A stretch of DNA of 64,000 nucleotides, taken from Carcharhinus longimanus. Lineage: Eukaryota. The notes under the pieces were generated by a model, which was not told the DNA's origin, did no database searches, and saw only the letters and a program-made list of their open reading frames with translations. The translations under genes were made by a program, and so were the position numbers. The stretch covers positions 33,301,051 to 33,365,050 of the forward strand of contig JASCQW010000160.1 in assembly GCA_030264375.1 (NCBI GenBank). Reading direction: 5' to 3'. This document shows, piece after piece, positions 51,540 to 63,825 of this stretch (positions within the stretch are counted from its first letter, which is position 1; every line of letters begins with the position of its first letter).

Positions 51540-52222
51540 TTTGAGAGTATTGAAATGTACAGAAGTTATGTTTAACCTGAATCAAATAACAGTAAGGCCA
51601 CACTCACAGTCACATGTAGTTCTTGTCGCCATATAAGGATATTAAAGCACTAGAGGGTGCACAGGAGATTTACAAGGATGATACCCAAAATGCTTGGATA
51701 TACATATCAGGAAAGGATTGATAGATTGGGTCTCTTTTCTCTTGCAAAAATGCGGAGATGCCGGTGTTGGATAGGAGTGGGCACAATAAGAAGTCTCACA
51801 ACACCAGGTTAAATTCCAACAGGTTTTGTATTGCGAGCTTTTGGAGCACTGCTCCTCCATCAGGTGAGTGGAGAGTTCAGTTCACAAGCATGGCATATAT
51901 GCAAAAAGGCTGAGGCATGACCTAATATAGGTACTTAAAGTTATGAAAGGTTTCAATAAGAGTGGGTTCAGAAAAATATTTCCTCCTGTGGGTGTGATAA
52001 CTGAAAGCTACCAAAACAAGGTACTCAGCAAGAAATCCAATAGGGAATTGAATGTGGAAATGGTTGAAGCAGGTGGCATAAATATATTTAAGGGGAAGGT
52101 AGACAACTATATGAGCGAGAAAGAAATAGATGAACAAAATGGGAAGAAACTCGAATGGCGCTTAAACACCAGCTTAGACTGATTGGGTAGAATGGCTTGT
52201 TTTTCTGCCAGATATCCTATTT
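51540..52222 (+). mobile_element. Degenerate CR1 fragment with nested Penelope-like piece (~51755-51903)
   Basis: gtaaggccacact...; CR1-like sequence breaks at ttgcaaaaa and resumes at gcaaaaaggctgaggcatgacctaata. Confidence 0.55.
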
Positions 52223-52615
52223 AACCTATGAAGGGTGATAAAAAAAGTTTGCAAAACAACTTAAGTTTCCTCCCCAGTTTCCTTCCCTTCACAACTTATT
52301 GATTTATAAGGGAGTCCAAGTCATAGGGAACAATCGGAAAAATGGATTTAAAGCAACAGTAAGACCAGTCATGAACTTATTGAATGGCACAATAGCCTTA
52401 AGGGGCTAAATGATCTAAGTGTCAGTGTCGCAGCTGATACGGTCTTTGGGAACAGGCAAGGCATACTGCTGCCCCAGTGAGTGAATTGAGGTGGAATCCC
52501 AAAAACATAACATTTGGCCCCAGTCTGCGCAAGCTGTAGAACTTCCATCGAAGAGGTCAGAAACAATAGTTCCACATTTCTGCAGACTCATTTTAAAACA
52601 ACGCTTGCTGCTTAC

Positions 52616-52704
52616 CAGTGACAAAGTCATCCTGTCCCTCTGCATTTGATGTTGTTGTGTTCACGGATTCAAACGGCTGCAGCGTTGGCATATGTTCCAT
52701 TTGA
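52616..52704 (-). CDS. KMT2A: KMT2A small coding exon
   Basis: ttttttccctccttag|T CAA ATG acceptor, ACT G|gtaag donor; 89 nt; supplies the phase shift needed to reach the FYRC exon. Confidence 0.82.
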
Positions 52705-52883
52705 CTAAGGAGGGAAAAAACTATTTGCTTTAACTGACAATGTATTTGATGACAATTGACTACTTCAGTAAAATAACTTGAAGTCCTAAAGTTAATTTTA
52801 ACTGTTTGAGACATTTTATAAATGCACTTTAAACATTTAATAGAGCTAAGCAGCATGTTTATTTCAGTCAAGATAAGCTACAT

Positions 52884-53180
52884 TTTATTCATCACAAGTA
52901 GGCTTACATTAACACTGCAATGAAGTTACTGTGTAAATCCCCTAGTCGCCACACTCCGGCGATTGTTCGGGTACACTGAGGGAGGATTTAGCATGGCCAA
53001 TGCATCTAACCAGCATGTCTTTTGGACTGTGGTAGGAAACCGCAGCACCCGGAGGAAACCCACACAGACACGGGGGAGAACATGCAAACTCCACACAGTC
53101 AGTGACCCAAGCCGGGAATCGAACCCAGGTCCCTGGCGCTGTGAGGCAGCAATGCTTACCGTTGTACCACCGTGCCACCC
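52884..53180 (-). mobile_element. HE1/V-SINE-like, tail type B (well preserved)
   Basis: Reverse-complement full copy that retains many CpGs. Confidence 0.9.
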
Positions 53181-53448
53181 AAACACTCCTGGTTTTATTA
53201 AGCTGGGTGAATTTTAGCATTGAATGAAAAGGGACCACAGCAACTTGCTCACAAATACAATGTTGCTTGATTCAAGTAGTGGTTAAGCCCTCAACCACTA
53301 CGTCCCTAAATGGTCGGAAAGCATATCTTAAATTTAGTTGAAATTTCATACAGAACAGAAGAGAAAACTGCAAGCAGTTCTTCAAGTTTAAGTGTGAAGG
53401 TTATGATAACATGTTAGTGGAAAGACTTACACCATAACCTCTACTCAC

Positions 53449-53544
53449 CTTGGAGACTCGGGATCCCTGTTACCGTCCTCTTGTTGGTGCTCCTCAAGTT
53501 CCACTGCGTGTTGCACTGTTGTCCTTATTCGTACTCGAATAGAC
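53449..53544 (-). CDS. KMT2A: KMT2A small coding exon
   Basis: actttag|G TCT ATT CGA acceptor, CCA AG|gtgag donor; 96 nt open frame SIRVRIRTTVQHAVELEEHQQEDGNRDPESP; phase-compatible with neighbours. Confidence 0.8.
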
Positions 53545-54042
53545 CTAAAGTTATGTTACACATTATACACATTTAGTTCAAGGTACAATGTTGTTACCGC
53601 ATTTGTTTAGTGCATTGCTGATGTGTTAAACAAACATATCAAACTTGCTTCAATGTGCTACTATGCAGTGCATTACAGTCTTGTAAATCATCCGATGCTG
53701 CTCCCACTATAGCAGTAGTATCAGGATCTCACCCTCATTCAAAATACAGTCAAACCAACCTAGGCTTAGGATGATAAAATCTCATTATATTGCTTGCTTG
53801 TTTTACAGTTCAAGTGGATATTGAGCTTGACTTACCCAGTTCTGAAATCCTAAAGATAACATTAAGGTATATGTGTAAAAGATAACATTTATGAACTGCA
53901 AGCTCCATTAAGTACTGTACTACTCCTCCATTTAGAAGGCTCTAACAAAAGCTTTACCCGTTAATTCAAAATTATTTCTTGCTTTAAAAAAGAATGATCA
54001 AATAACTTGAAATATTTGTCTTAATGAAGAAAACATGTCACT

Positions 54043-54352
54043 GAATCGTAGAATCCCTAGTGCAGAAGGAGGCCATTCGGCCCATTGGATCCGCAGCGAT
54101 AACAATTCCACCCAGGCCCTATTCCCGTAACCCTACATATTTACCCTTCTAATCCCCCTGACACTAAGGGGCAATTTAGCATGGCCAATCAACTTACCCC
54201 GCACATCTTCCAAGTGGAAGGAAACCAGAGCACCCGGAGGAAACCCATGCAGACATGGGGAGAGTGTGCAAACTCCATTCAGGCAGCCACGATTGGAATT
54301 AAACCTGGGTCCCTGGCGCTATGAGGCAGCAGTGCTAACCACTGTGCCGCCA
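54043..54352 (-). mobile_element. HE1-like SINE, tail type A
   Basis: Reverse-complement full copy. Confidence 0.85.
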
Positions 54353-54698
54353 AGTAGCGGACAGTAATCTACCACAAACAGCAATGCAATAACAACCAGG
54401 GAATATTTTTAAGTGTTGTTGATTGAGGGATAAGTATTAACCAAGGCAATGGAGGCAACTCCCCAGTTCTTCAAAACAGTACCATGGAATCTTTTAGACC
54501 CACCCAAGCAGAGCAGACAAAGCCTCAGTTTCATGTCTCATGTAAAAGATGAATGAGTCCAATAAATACTCCCATATGAGACTGACAAATCAGTGTGTCA
54601 GACCACAAGAAGATCTATGAAGATTTATGAATGATTTATGAAGTCACTCTTAAAGTTAGCTAAATGAGGCATCTTACACATTTGCTCTGAATACTTAC

Positions 54699-57600
54699 TC
54701 AGTATTGGAGGACAGGGGGACGTTGGTTGAATCAGACTCCAGAGCAGCTTGATGATCTCCAAAGGATTCAGTCATAACGTGGGCCGTCTTGTGCTTTTTA
54801 ATGCTTTGTTTGTCCAAAGCAGGTGATGCCCGTTTTATCCTGGGCTTGGCCCTTGGAGAGTCAGAGGACACCACGGTCATTGCACTGACTGGAGACTGGT
54901 CCATGGTGGAGGAAAACACAGAGGTCACCGGAACTGGCGAAACCATGCTGGTGTTTGAAAAAGAAACTGTGCTGCTCACAACACTTGTTGACACTGTTAG
55001 TGTGGTGGTTGTCATTTGGCCTCCTGAACTGCAGGCAGCATCTAGTTGGGCAGTTGTTGCTACACCTTTGTTGGACAGAAGCTGAGTTATCTGTTGATGT
55101 AGCTGATAGGCCCCATCCTGGTCAGATGAGCTTGGTGCAACTGGTACACTAACTGCTGGGCTGGAAGGTAGCAAGCATATACTTTGAGGTGGTGACAAAG
55201 GCCCACTGTTAGGGCTTTGTGGTGGTGCTAGATGTTGGAACATTCCTGCTCCAGGCAATGGCACCGCCTGATCTGAAAGCCCTAAACTCTGTTGACTTGC
55301 TTTGATTAACAGATTGCTTATTGAGCCACTGATGTCTGTGCCTAGCAACATGGGAGTAGTTAAGGTTACTGAGCTTTGACCCAGAATATGTCCTGTCACC
55401 GCGCCCCCAGTTGTTGCTGCTGTTGCTGCTTGCATAGATACAACGTTCAAAACTGACTGACCCGGACCCAATGCTGATACACTTCCAGCTGCCAAATGAG
55501 CGTTTTCTGAACCAATGATGTTTGTGGACCCTGTTGCCCCCAGCGTTTGCTGAAGTTGGGGCACAGGCAAAGAAGACTGTTCAAAATACATCACTGCAGA
55601 TTTGGGCCTTTTGATTATATTAGGAATTGTGCGTTGGGGTCCTGTACTAGCAAGTGTTCCTAAATCCACTAAGCCTGTCTGGTTAGCTATCCCTCCAGGG
55701 ACTTGCGATGGAGAGAAGTTAATTGAAGTTATATTAGGCACAATTTCTGAAGCTGAACTAGAAGTCTGTTGGTACGAAGGTGCAAGCTTTTTGCCTTTTT
55801 TGGAAGGTAGCCTGTTGATTGGTCTTTTCTTAGCTTGGGTTGATCCTGGACTAGAGGTCGTGGCAGTGATGAGCTCTGGCCTCTGACTAGACTCAGAGCT
55901 TAAAAGCTGCGGATCCTGAGGTGACTGGACCCCAATGAGGAGGCCAGAGGCAGAGCTAGCACTGTTAGGCTGAAATCCAGATGCAGTGGGTCCTGCAAAG
56001 GAATGTAACTGAGGATGTTGTGATAAAGTCAACAACCCTTTACTGCTTGCCATAGTGGCAGAAGTGCATATTGACTGAGAGGCTGGCAAACTTGAATTTA
56101 AACCTGTAGCTAATGCCAGGCTACCTCCCATGGAAACATTTTGTGCAAGGACTGTACTGTTTGTCTCTACAACTGTTTGTGCAGGACCCACTGAAGGTGC
56201 AAGATTTATCTTTTGAGTAAGACCATTGGGATGCGTCTGGAGAACATACAGTGGGTGTCCATGCTGATTGACAACGATGACATTATCTGTTCCTGGTTTA
56301 AGGAGAGGGGTTGCCGGCTGTACTGTAGTGTTGGCAATAGGAGCAGGCCCAGGGCTATCTGCTGGGCTTGTGATGTATTTCTGGCCCTGTGGTGGCACGG
56401 AAGAGGAAACAGATGCCGGAATGACAACTGGTGAGCCAGTGCCAACCCCAGTAATGTCCTGGCTGTTGTGCCCCTGCTCCACTTGACTGCAGGTCGGTGT
56501 GGTTAACTGGTCGGTGTCCATGTGACTTTGCATGAACTGATCAGATGTCATGTGACTTTCGCCAGATGGTTCCACCACTTGATGTCCTATCAAAGAAACT
56601 TCGGCATCATTCACCGTCACTGACTTTTCCCCTGTCACCGTCACCCCCTTCTCTACTGACTCGGCAGCAGGTATATTCAGTACTGACTGATCTTCCGAGG
56701 AAGCCAGCTGCGATGTTGAAATGACAGTGAGGCTGCTGTGGCTTTGGTTGGAAACAGTTGGACTGCACGTTGTTAAAACAGAGAGGTCGGACGGCAATTC
56801 CAGAGGCAGCTCAAATGGCTCCTCTGCAGGAATGGAGGCTGAGACATCACTTTCCACAGGTTCTGCGCTGGGCAGAGGTTGGGAAAACACTTCAAAGAGA
56901 CTGCCCATGTCCTTCCCTCTGTTACTAACCAGACCCAGGCCCTCACCCAACGTTATGAGTTCAGAAGATGATGACTCTGGGCTTTCCCCTAGCGTCTGCA
57001 TAGACTGAGTGTTCTTAAGGACAAAGTCCATGATATCAGAAGGAAGAATGTTGCCACAGTCGTCACTATTGTTATTGTCAGAGTCATTGGCAGACTTCAA
57101 CAAGTCTGTGTTAAAACTATCCAGCAAATTCTTGTCTGAAGGTGTACTGGAGTGGCCTCGCCTGGCAGTGTCTAATGAAGTGAGAGAAACCTCCCCTAAG
57201 GAGTCTTGGCCCTGAGACTTCACTCTGCTCACTGGAAGGCAGTTATCTAACTTTGAATCATTACCTTTCAGGTCAGAAACTGTTTTGACACCATGTTCAT
57301 CCTTTTCTACATCATCCACCCCACTGTTGACGGTTCCGTCAAGGTCTAGGTTTTCAGTTCCATTTTCTTTGGCTTTTATCTTGCTGACCTGTGTTGCTTT
57401 GCCCACTGTCGTGGCTACACTGGCATCACTCTCTGTGCCATCATCAACACCATCAAGCTGGCTGATTCTGGGTAGGCGACAATCCTCTTCGCCATCAAAG
57501 AAATTACATGGCTCGAGCCTTCCCTCTCGATCGGACGTGATGACGGTTCTTGTGAAATTGTAGTAGTATTCCATATCCTCATCAGATGATGTATTTGGAT

Positions 57601-59232
57601 CATCAGCTCCATCTACCTGCCCTTGAGTTGACTGCTCCCCTCTTTTCTTGCCCGAGGGATCTCGGTAGAATGGAAAATCCTCTTCACCGTATGACTTGAC
57701 ACCATAAAAGGGCGTCAACCCGAAAAATGTAGTTGAACGTGCCCGGGCACTGCGGCGGGGGTAGCGCCTTTTGTTTGAATCACTATCCTGGGCTTTGTTC
57801 CCCTCACCATCCTCCTGTGAAGTCGGATTTCCACACTGCAGCACATGCTTTTGAAAAAGATTTTTCACCCTTTGCTTGTAGACTTTGTTGCACTTTGGAC
57901 ACCTCAGGACTTCCCGTTCATTCTCTGGACTTTCTGCCATTACAGAAGGCACAACCGAAGAGGACAAGGCCTCGTCACCTCCCTGAGAGCTGCCCGACAT
58001 GGACGTGGTAACACCTTTGTCATGATCCTCCTCAACCAGGTAGTCGGGTTCTAAACATTTATGAATTCCTTGTTTTCGTGAAGCGTGCGTTTCCTTTTTG
58101 CGAATGTCAGCCTGCGCTTTTTCTAACGGGGGTTGGATCCCATCCCCGATGATTGTGGTCAGTGGGTTCTCATTGCCAGATTTGTCCCCAAACCTCTGTT
58201 TTGGCTCTTCAGCAGACGGGGCTTTTTTATCTATTTCAACCAGCAAATTGCTGGCCGCCTTAGCATTAACTGTTACATCTACAGTTGAATCAGTACCTGG
58301 GCTTCCCTCGTAATGCTTTACTGACTGTGCTTTGCTGTTTCGAGAGAGATCAGCGGAGGACACTTTAGTGCCAGGTCTCTTTTCTGTGCAGTTTGCCCGC
58401 AGATGGTCATTTCCTGTGGCTGTGGTGTGGCTGACTCCAGCAGACTGTAACCTTGTTCTGTCAGCGTCCTGGCTGACATCATGAAGATTGCTTGTTTTTC
58501 CTGTTGGCACAGTGTCCTTGTTCAGCTCAACAGACCTTCTTGAATCCTTTTGATGGAAAGGTAATGCACAGGCTTTAGTTTCTCTGGAGACAGATGCTAT
58601 AGAGTTGGTGTGTGACCCACTGTTATTAAATGATTCCTTCTGCGAAGGATGTGACACTGTTACTGTAGTATCTGTGTTAGACGTCTGTGCTAATGCTGAC
58701 GTTGTCACTGAACTATCCGATGCATTTATAGCTGTATTGTTTTCACCTTTCAAAGTACTGCTTCGAGATTGGTTACCAGATGAAGATAGAGAATGTTCTT
58801 TTGAACTGTAATGTCCAGCGGACATCAGCATTGACCTGTTGAGTTGGGAGCCTAAAGCATGAGAAACTCCTGTAAGATGTATTGGGGCAGAGTCAATGCT
58901 GCTGATTCTTTGTCGGCTAGAAGGACCAGAGTATCCTTGGAGTGAAGTGCCTAGTTTGTCTGAATGAAATGCTTTATGAACAGTCTCACCAGATTGGCTC
59001 CCAGAATCCATGCCTGATGATAGACTGTGAGAGGACAACGGAGATGTGTTAATGTTCCCACTTGATCTTACATAAGTTATGCCCATTTGGGAAGGAGAAG
59101 CCATTCTGTGCCTGGAATGTTGCGGCGATACTGAAGATGTGCTGTGTCGTCTGGAGATGGTACTGCGCCTTCCCGACGACAGTAGGGCATCAGCAAATGT
59201 AACAATCTCGTGCATCATTGGTGTGGGGCTCC
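54699..59232 (-). CDS. KMT2A: KMT2A giant exon (4534 nt) with Taspase-1 sites and transactivation domain
   Basis: tttgttaag|GG AGC CCC acceptor, ACT GA|gtaagt donor; uninterrupted frame (1507-aa ORF); contains KRRYPRRSARAR, QVDGADD, QLDGVDD and DCGNILPSDIMDFVLKNT. Confidence 0.97.
57008..57061 (-). other. KMT2A: CBP/p300 KIX-binding transactivation motif
   Basis: Translates DCGNILPSDIMDFVLKNT, the MLL1 transactivation-domain core. Confidence 0.92.
57440..57460 (-). other. KMT2A: Taspase-1 cleavage site CS2 (QLD/GVDD)
   Basis: Direct translation; matches the established MLL1 CS2 motif. Confidence 0.92.
57599..57619 (-). other. KMT2A: Taspase-1 cleavage site CS1 (QVD/GADD)
   Basis: Direct translation; matches the established MLL1 CS1 motif. 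Confidence 0.92.
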
Positions 59233-60629
59233 CTTAACAAAAAAACAAAAAGATTATTAAATTATGACCATTTCTGGTATCATTCCACATTTCATCACCA
59301 GAATGCCAGACATTAGCAAAATCCAGTATTATTCTATCTATTAATGCAAAGCATCTACATTAGAGGAACAGGAATAGACCATTCAACCCCACCCTACCCC
59401 GCCTGTTCCTCCACTCAATTAGACAATGGGTGATTCATTCCATGATTTCATTGACCCAATGTTGTTTCGTATCCCTTAATACCCTGATTTAATACAAGTT
59501 CATCAATATTAGTTTTTTTTAAATTTTCAATTGAGTCCACCTTCCACAACTTTCTTGGAACTAGTTTCACTATCCATTGTGTAAAAGAATGTTCCCTGAT
59601 TTCACTCCTAAATGGGCTAGCTTTAATTTTAACAATATACTTCTTGTTTCGGATTCTGTCACCATCCACAATAACAACCCCTTTATCATTCTGAACGTTT
59701 CAATCTTCTAACCTCAAGGGAATATAATCTGACTTTATGTAACCTATCCCCAAAACATAAGGCCCTCAGCCCCAAATCATTTAGTCAGATATAACATGCA
59801 TCAAACACAATTACCAGTAAGCTCTTTACAAATCAGATTTAAGTAATGTGTCTTCATCTCCAACCTCATAAGAGGAATCCTACTACACCACTGCGATTCT
59901 CATCTCCACCATTAGCATTGCAAGTAGCCTCTGACTAAGATTGTCAATTTAATACTAAACGCCACTGGCCTGTACACATCAAGAACAGAATGAAACTGCC
60001 CAAGTTAATTTAGTTTAGGTCTTTAGAATAACAGAAAAATAAGGCTGTTGTCCGATCAAACTGGGTCGTATCCAAATCCAAGCCAAACTATAAACCCCAT
60101 AATCTTCAACCTACATTCATAGTGATGGGAAAGACGCTGAGTTATCTTCATAAATTGCTGCAGAATTCATTAAATGATTCCGAATACAGAGAGAAATTAA
60201 AACGTGAATGTTAAAAAAAAGTGTCATGCGGCCAAAAGTAGACTTCAACGAATTTCCACACCAACATCTGAAATCTGCAACAAATTCCTTTCAATAAACC
60301 CATAAGCTGACCTTTCTATAAATCGTTTGTACAAGTATCAGCAAAGTAAAAAAACAAGTTTACAATCATACTGTAGGATATCAATAAACACAATGTATTT
60401 GTATGAAATGCTTCCATTGCTAAAGTTGGTAGCTGCTTTATGATAAACTGGTTGATGCATCTGTTGTAACATGGATTCATACAACCTTGTTAAATATGAG
60501 CCATTATTCCCTCACAGCAGAATTTCATGGCCTTAAAAACACTTGAAACTGCAAACATTTATCTCTTTATTGGCCTCTTCCATCGATTACCTTAAAATGT
60601 TAATAAATAAATTATAATATCAACACAGT

Positions 60630-60723
60630 GGGTGGAATTTTACAGCCCCTCAAACCGTGGGATCTTCCTGCCCCACTGAAGTCAATGGAGTTTTGAACAA
60701 CTCAGTGCCTTAAATTCCGCCCC
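60630..60723. mobile_element. Very short GGG-ended MITE, ~18 nt from a KMT2A splice donor
   Basis: gggtggaatttta ... taaattccgcccc inverted ends. Confidence 0.55.
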
Positions 60724-60741
60724 ATGTGTCAGCTCTATTAC

Positions 60742-60921
60742 CTGGTGATGGAAGGGGTCTTGATCCAGTGCTTGGGGATCGTCGAGATGGAGAAAAATTG
60801 GATACTTGAATCCTACTTCCTGACTGCAATCGCGGGGGTATTGGCCCAGGTGTGTGACAGGGTGGATGGTGGTCCGCTACTTCCGACGTGCTTGTATTTT
60901 GACTCTCTGCCGTGTCAATTT
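60742..60921 (-). CDS. KMT2A: KMT2A coding exon (Ser/Pro-rich linker)
   Basis: ctttgatag|AA ATT acceptor, CCA G|gtaat donor; 180 nt; phase matches both neighbours; ends ...GSRPLPSP like MLL1. Confidence 0.9.
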
Positions 60922-63664
60922 CTATCAAAGAAAAGACAAATTTCTCATGAGCATTTCCTCAATATGAGATGTCCCATAAAATGATACAACAAAAGGAGGA
61001 CCATTTGGTCCATCATGGCCATTCTGGCTCTTTGAAAGTGCTATCCAATGAGCTCTGCTTCCTTGGATGTGCAGTTTGACAGAGGAAGGGTGCTTGGGTG
61101 TTAAGGAAAGCATCAAAGTTTAAAGCTGTCTCATTGCAACTTCAACCTTTTCAGATGTGCAGTAAAAAGATGCAGTTCTCCTTTGATCATATATATGCAA
61201 GATCCTGTATAGTCTTGACAAGATGGACATGGAAGGGATGTTTCCTCTTGAGGGCAAGTCCAGAAATAGGGGGTACTGTTTTTAAATTAGGAGTCATCCT
61301 TTAGGACAGAGAGGAGAATTTTTTTCTCTCAAAGAAGATTGTGTGACTTTGGGCCTCACTGCTTCAGAATGCAGTGGACACAGGATCAGTGAACATTTTT
61401 AAAGCAGAGGTAGAGAGGTCAGGGAATCAAAGATTATCGGGGCTGATGGGAATGTGGAATTTGCAACACAAACATATCAGCCATGATCTTATTAAATGGT
61501 GCAGCAGACTTAAGGGGCTGAATGGCCTGCTTCTGCTCCTAATTCATAATCTTGAACATAAACAGTGGGTAGTGCACTGAAATGCCAACAGTACCAATCT
61601 ACGAAAATGTTATTGCACCAGCAGGTTCTAGTTGCCATTTCCAGCAAAATTCCAAAAATTGGGCTGGTGATATGCATTCACTCTCTGGATCTCCAGCTAT
61701 GATGAGCTATTCTTCGCCATGTACTAAATGATAACAGACCAAGGAGATTGCAGGCTCTGCAGAACCAAGGTGAATACATTGGGACTATCCAAACACTGGG
61801 GGAGCAATCTTACCAGCTCATCACGCCAGTCAATTGGTGTAGCGAGCTGGTAAGATTGCGTGACAGAAGAAAAATCAGGTTTGCTCCAGGTTTCTTGCCT
61901 CTCACGATCTTATTGGTCCCAGATTTCCGGTGTGATCAGCCTCGGCAATGGACTAGGTGGGGGTGACCTGACCAGACTGAGCCGGCCTCTACTGGTGGGA
62001 ATCAGATCACGCATCAATTCTGGACTAAGTGCCATAAGATTTTATTTGTGGCCTCGCTGAAAAAACAGGTATGAAACACTCCCATTTTCACACTCATTCT
62101 TCAAATTTTTTTGGTAAGAGCGCCCCTTCGGAATTTTGCAGCTCAGAGTACAGAAGATGGTAAATTCTTCCCAACACCTTTACTGCCTCTGTTTTTACAC
62201 CTAAAAAAAATCCTTTAAATTTAGTATACCATCTTAGGCATCATCAATGACAATGCAAGTGACAAGCTGCACTTTTTATTTACCCACACTGGTGAGCCTT
62301 GGAAGAATACACTATGATTCCTCGCTCCCTGCTTTTTAAATGTTGATGAAAGTCATACTCTTCCACAATTCTGAGGCACGCTTGAAGTACGAGAGAATTT
62401 CAACAAGAATAAACCAACTCTACATCTTTCTTTAATTATTCAAAATAAATTCAATGGATACAAAAATAGACAAGAAAGTGAACATTCTGAAAGCAGTGCA
62501 TTTCAGGGGTAGCAAGCATCATTTGGCCCCTCTAACCTGCTCTGCCATTTGATAAGATATTGGCTGATCTGATTAAAGCCTCAACTCTGCTTTCATGTCT
62601 ACCCCAGAACAAACAGATTTGTTGTTTCCAAAAATTTGTCTAGACTCTTAAGGCTTGGTAAAGACGATGCCCTTGTTTTCCATAATTGCATACTGCTCCT
62701 GTCCATGCAATTTTTTTTTAAACAGATAATTAAGGAGTTCACTTAAGACATTTAGGTTTCTCCCCAGTTATTCCTCTCTAAAACAAACCGCTTAACACCT
62801 TAATTAAAAAAGCACACAAATAACCTGACATGAATATTGTACGATAATATTACACAGCATAATTTTCTAGACTTGGATCTCTTTGTGCTAACCATTACCT
62901 CTGGTGAGTCAGACATGCAATCTGATCAGTAACTACTGTGTCAAACAACCAAGCTGCATTGCAAATTAGTCTAACATGATTGCTATTTTATTCTCGTTCT
63001 TCCTCCCTCACTCTCTCCTCAGGATTTCTGTAGCTAAATCAAGAATCATAAATACAAAACACTTACGCCTACTGCTCCACAGGATAGTACATTGGATCTC
63101 ACTCTTCAGTAAATTAGTGTGGAAGGTTACTGCACGGGATGTTTCACATTGTGCACTGGGTNNNNNNNNNNTGGCAACCAAGAACATGGATATCCTTCCT
63201 TCCTTCTCCCCATGTATTGCTTAAAAGCAGACACAAACAAACTGAAGCCTTTCACTTTAATCGGCAATGCTAACTTTAAGCTTGCATTAAGATTTTTGAA
63301 GTTGTTGCCATTTTCACATCCATGGGGTTAACTACTTCACAGATATAAAAAGCAAATTTAAGACATGAATTATGACACTAGTTCATCACTGAGAGGAGGT
63401 TTTATGTAGTTGATAGTCTACAAAGAGCAAGCAAGCAGAAATCATTGTCAAACCCTACTGCACAATGGTGTTAGATCAACAAGTTTTTAAATTTATGACT
63501 AGCTGGGCATTCCTTGGTTTAAAAGCTCATCCAAAAAAACTAGCAGCACTTACAACAATTAATCATTTAGTCGTCCAGGAGCAGGACTTAAGTAGCAATT
63601 TACTTATTCTCTTATGTAAGTTTAGGAATGTTTCAGGGAGAATGTCCTGCACCTGTTTGCGTAC

Positions 63665-63825
63665 CTGCTGGACTGTTCGGACTATGTGCTATGGTTTTGT
63701 TTTCACTGTGTTCTAAAGTGCTGTTTTCTTCTGCTTCCACGGGAGGCGGTCGATGTTCCAAGATCTTGCACGTGTACACACATCGCTTCCTAGCGTCAGT
63801 TGTGCTCCAGTACACCCTTGAGCAC
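63665..63825 (-). CDS. KMT2A: KMT2A/MLL1 coding exon (end of FYRN domain); gene continues beyond the window end
   Basis: ttgacag|G TGC TCA AGG... acceptor and GCA G|gtac donor; 161 nt; translates CSRVYWSTTDARKRCVYTCKI...ENKTIAHSP, recognisable as MLL1 FYRN C-terminus. Confidence 0.95.

Noticed and set aside
52415-52585. Possible extra KMT2A exon (ctgcag acceptor-like site followed by an open frame)
   Set aside because: Only ~35 nt from the preceding donor, no convincing donor of its own, and the gene model is already in phase without it
54789-58811. Many short plus-strand ORFs over the giant KMT2A exon
   Set aside because: Antisense shadows with no recognisable domains
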